Assembly (NCBI GenBank): GCA_900617105.1
Contig: UYFQ01000243.1
Coordinates: 1 to 45,406, forward strand
DNA from: Hydrurus foetidus
Taxonomy: Eukaryota
Reading direction: 5' to 3'
Length of the DNA: 45,406 nucleotides
Of this stretch, positions 41,894 through 45,406 are shown one piece after another. How positions within the stretch are numbered: position 1 is the stretch's first letter; each line of letters begins with the position of its first letter. The notes below the pieces were generated by a model that did not search any database, had not been told where the DNA came from, and saw only the letters and a program-made list of their open reading frames with translations. The position numbers and the translations under genes were made by a program.

Positions 41894-44800
41894 ACGCTGT
41901 ACACTCAACTCCAAAATACCCTGTTTTGGAAATTGCATCTAATCTGGAAGTCATGAACAACGTCTGGCGAAGACTCTGCATGGCAACCAGCCTCGCGATC
42001 CCTATGATCGTTATCCTCTGGCCGCAGAGATATCTTCGGATTCTCATTTCCTCGGAGATGAGTCGAATGTAAGTTAATTTAGAAAGAAATCTGCGTGAAA
42101 AGAGAGTAGACTCGTCACCGGCTTCCTCAATTTCGATGTGTCGTCGCTAGATGGGCAATACGCTGTGAATTAACCGTGCACTAACCCATTCTAATCGATC
42201 TCAAATGCCATAAAAATGTCAAACGATGGCCTTAGTGCACGGTTCATCGTAAACTCGGTCATTATTTTGCGATCCCATAGTCATCTTCTAACCTTTTGCT
42301 GAATTTACAAAACAGGCCGATGGACATCGCCGGTGGAGCAGCTCGATACTTCATTAGATTGTGATAGCTTGACTAGATAGACTGCCGTGTTTGTAGATGT
42401 TCTTGTGCTAAATTAATTGAAATATTTTAAATCAAAATATAAGTCTTCCTACACTGCCACCGAGAAGGAGAAGGGGATGACAGTCGATCAGCGATCAGGC
42501 TAGCGCCGTTCGGCGAGGATTTATAAAAGTCTGAGAACAGAATCAAACCTACGCCAGTATCAAGAGAAGCTGCCAAATCCTTTACTAGACTAGCTTATGG
42601 TGGTCGTGAATTGATTTCGGTAGCCCCGTAGCAAAACAAAAATATGATTCTGACTCTGAACTTGCGAGCTGGAAGAGGAAACTCCGCAGCAACTTATAAC
42701 TGATGCCATGCATATGGAAATCGGTCGCTACACATTGCGGCAGTCGATATTTTGCTGGAAAGTTGTAAAAATGTGGGTGAGAATAGGTGCAACTTATTTA
42801 CTGTTTACAGCACTCACAGAGGAAAATGTGCGCATTGATACAGCTGAGCATCAAGAGATTTTCTTGATGATAGATATTTCTAGCTGTCGACCAATTCTTA
42901 CGCCAATCGCCGGTATGGATCTCGATTTGGTGATATATATTTTTTTGGAACCTTCAGGTGCCACCAAATCTGTTGAAAATTTTGACGTCAGACAATCAAG
43001 GTCGGACAATCTTACTCGCCAATATTATTTTGCAGCATTTCAGAGCGAGAATCACCTCTTATACGAGTCTCGCGTGCTGTGATTGATGTTCCGCAAGGCC
43101 TCGAGTTGATTGAACGACACATATTTTGAGTCTTCCGCAAGTAAAATTTCGATGACAAGAAGAATTTCCAAGATGTTGTAGAGCGGCTATAGCTGCTGAG
43201 ATGGGCGTACTATTTGACAATTTGTTCGTTGGAAATGGTGTATGACACATGTATCCATTATGCTGCGCCACAATTCATCGAGTTTTCGGCAGTCTGAATT
43301 TCTCTGGCGAGGGAAATTTCCAAGACGGAGGATAGCGGCTGTAGCTGCTGAGGAGGTCGCACCGTTTGATTACTGATTCGCTGTAAGAGCCATCGACCAC
43401 ATGTGGTTATTCTACTACGTCTCCTTATCTATGCCTATACAGCATGCCAGCATACAGTTGAGAGGGGCACAGCTGGCACAGAGGGTAACTAGATTAGATG
43501 CTGAATACGAATCTCGGGTATTTTATTTTACAAAATTTTGAGTGGGAGGTGTGTGGGAAAATTTTATGGGACCCAGAGGCCTCAAAGTGCCCCCTCTCCT
43601 TTTAATACCCCTTTGGTCATCCGTACATTCCCCACATAATCCGTAACGTCACCCTAAATCCTAAATCATCCTTCAAGCATCGCAGGTACCGTATGGTTTT
43701 TAAGAAAATTTATGTGACGTTCAACATGATAGTGTGTTGTGTGTTGTGTGTTGTGTCGTATCTTCTCCACCGTTACACTAAGTCGATAGGAAAAAATACG
43801 CAGCAAAGTAGCGGAGTAATAGCGGAGCCGCTGCCGCGATGAGAAAGTGAGACAAGAACAGTGAGAAATTCTGGATAATACCTAACTGTCTTGCTTTCGA
43901 AGATTTCATGCGCTGTCATCGTCTCTATTTAGGAGTTTCAAATAGGACCTTCAATATTTAGAGTGCAATTCTTCACTTTCTAGCTTCACATTTGATCATT
44001 CAGTGTATTGCAGCATCGCCAAAAACCAGAAATCAGTCCGACTGAATATCGTCACTTCTTGTGATAATACATGCATCAATTTTCGACATGAAGTTGAGGA
44101 AATTTTGGAAGGAGTCCCAAATTATTGTCATTGCCATAGATAGTGACTAGTGACATCACACTACAAAAACCTTCAATTAGCCGTGGTACCCAGTTAGAAG
44201 ATACCCACCCTCTCCAAAACATCACATTCTTCATGTTTCCTATCCACCTTGACACTCTCACTTTCGCTTACTTACTTATGCAAGAGATAGCAACCCTTCG
44301 AAATGATACCCAATAGTCTGTTCCGCAACGAACAACAGTAATACTGAGGAGATACGGAAAATGTCGAATCGGAAACTGACGCGAAAGTGGCCGAAAAGCG
44401 TGAAAATCGAGAACTTCAGTTCCTGAATTGTTACTTTGCACAAGCTTGCGGACGCTTGTGCAGGTTCTCCGCAGAAAGATGGCCCCTTGCCGCACAGGAT
44501 TTTAGTGGTAGAAAATCAAAAAGGGTGGTTCCTTGTCTGGGTGCGGTGCTGTGATGGTACAGGATTTAGTACCACATTCCTACCCTCCGTAGTACCGTAT
44601 AGCCGTCTGTACATGTGGCTGAGAGTCCTTCTGACATCTCGCAGCTTGTTAGCCTACCTTGCAACGCTTTGCATGCTGAGTTTTACACCTCTACAGGCTC
44701 ACCCACCCTCTTTCCGTTGTAAGCTAAACTACCTTTCTGCCTCTTCTAGCTTCATTTGGACTACAGTAGATCTACTCGGTCCGCTTCCCCTTCTAAATTC

Positions 44801-45406
44801 TACTACCTGCCCCCTACTACCATCCATCTATTTAGCTAGACTTCTGTCCACGCGGCCCACCGAGTTTTCAGAAGTCCTTCCAAAGCAGTTGGTTGGAGAA
44901 CTCAGGATTGGAGCAAACGTTGTCATTCAAATGACACGTTTCGCACTACTTAGCGGCATCGGTGAAACATAGGTATCCCCTATCTGAATTTCAACAGCCG
45001 ATCAAGACCCTCAAGCTCAAGAATCTCAAGAGCTTTCAGGATCTTCACGGATTCCCGATTGCCACATCGGTTGCCAGCTCTAAGCCGTTTCGACGCCAGC
45101 TGAAGAACAGAAGTCAATACCTGTTTGAAGCAACATAGGTATCCCCTATCTGAATTGCAAAAGACTTCGCGGGCAATCATCAGCAGGACTTCCAGCCTGT
45201 TCAAGACTCAAAGCAGCAACGCCTGCTCCTTTGGATCCGCCAACAGGAACCTGTTTGGTGAGCCGAAGACCGGATTCAAGTGCCTCTTAGTCGAAGACCT
45301 TTGAATTTTTTTTCACCTGCTTCATTTGCTAATCCAAATCGATCAGACACTTGTCCAACCGATACGGCACGAGGCAAACCTCTTGCAATTTTTTTCAAGA
45401 GGGAGA

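Larger units (their letters stand above)
37966..43615. mobile_element. Non-autonomous composite DNA transposon with P-superfamily-like ends (5650 bp)
   Basis: 59-bp TIRs with 1 mismatch (37966-38024, 43557-43615) starting CAAGG/CAAAG; 7-bp TSD GTCATCC at 37959-37965 and 43616-43622; no transposase ORF recognised inside. Confidence 0.88.

Overview
Eukaryotic, intron-rich genomic DNA, most likely from a stramenopile with a complex plastid (ochrophyte/chrysophyte-like; inferred from a bipartite signal+transit N-terminus and the gene structures). Host genes reconstructed by hand from GT-AG junctions: a WW-motif protein, a YbaK/ProX-type tRNA-editing protein, a small single-TM protein, a 6-exon protein with 14-residue V/T/E/R/P repeats (epiplastin/articulin-like), a 5-exon PPIL3-type cyclophilin, a ~13-exon GRAB-domain golgin and a probably plastid-targeted AAAP amino-acid transporter. 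Many introns are filled with pentanucleotide and other simple-repeat arrays, which explain most ORFs in the track. Mobile DNA is dense: a Sola-like transposase gene at the left edge, an internally deleted Tc1/mariner (IS630-like) element, several MITE families (one nested in another) and an 82-bp loopless palindrome. The most unusual structure is a 5.65-kb composite element (37966-43615) with 59-bp TIRs and a 7-bp TSD (P-superfamily-like ends). It carries a CRE-like RT/RLE retrotransposon plus a hAT-like segment between identical 114-bp direct repeats, followed by a palindrome with 429-bp arms. All family assignments come from motif recognition by eye, not database searches.
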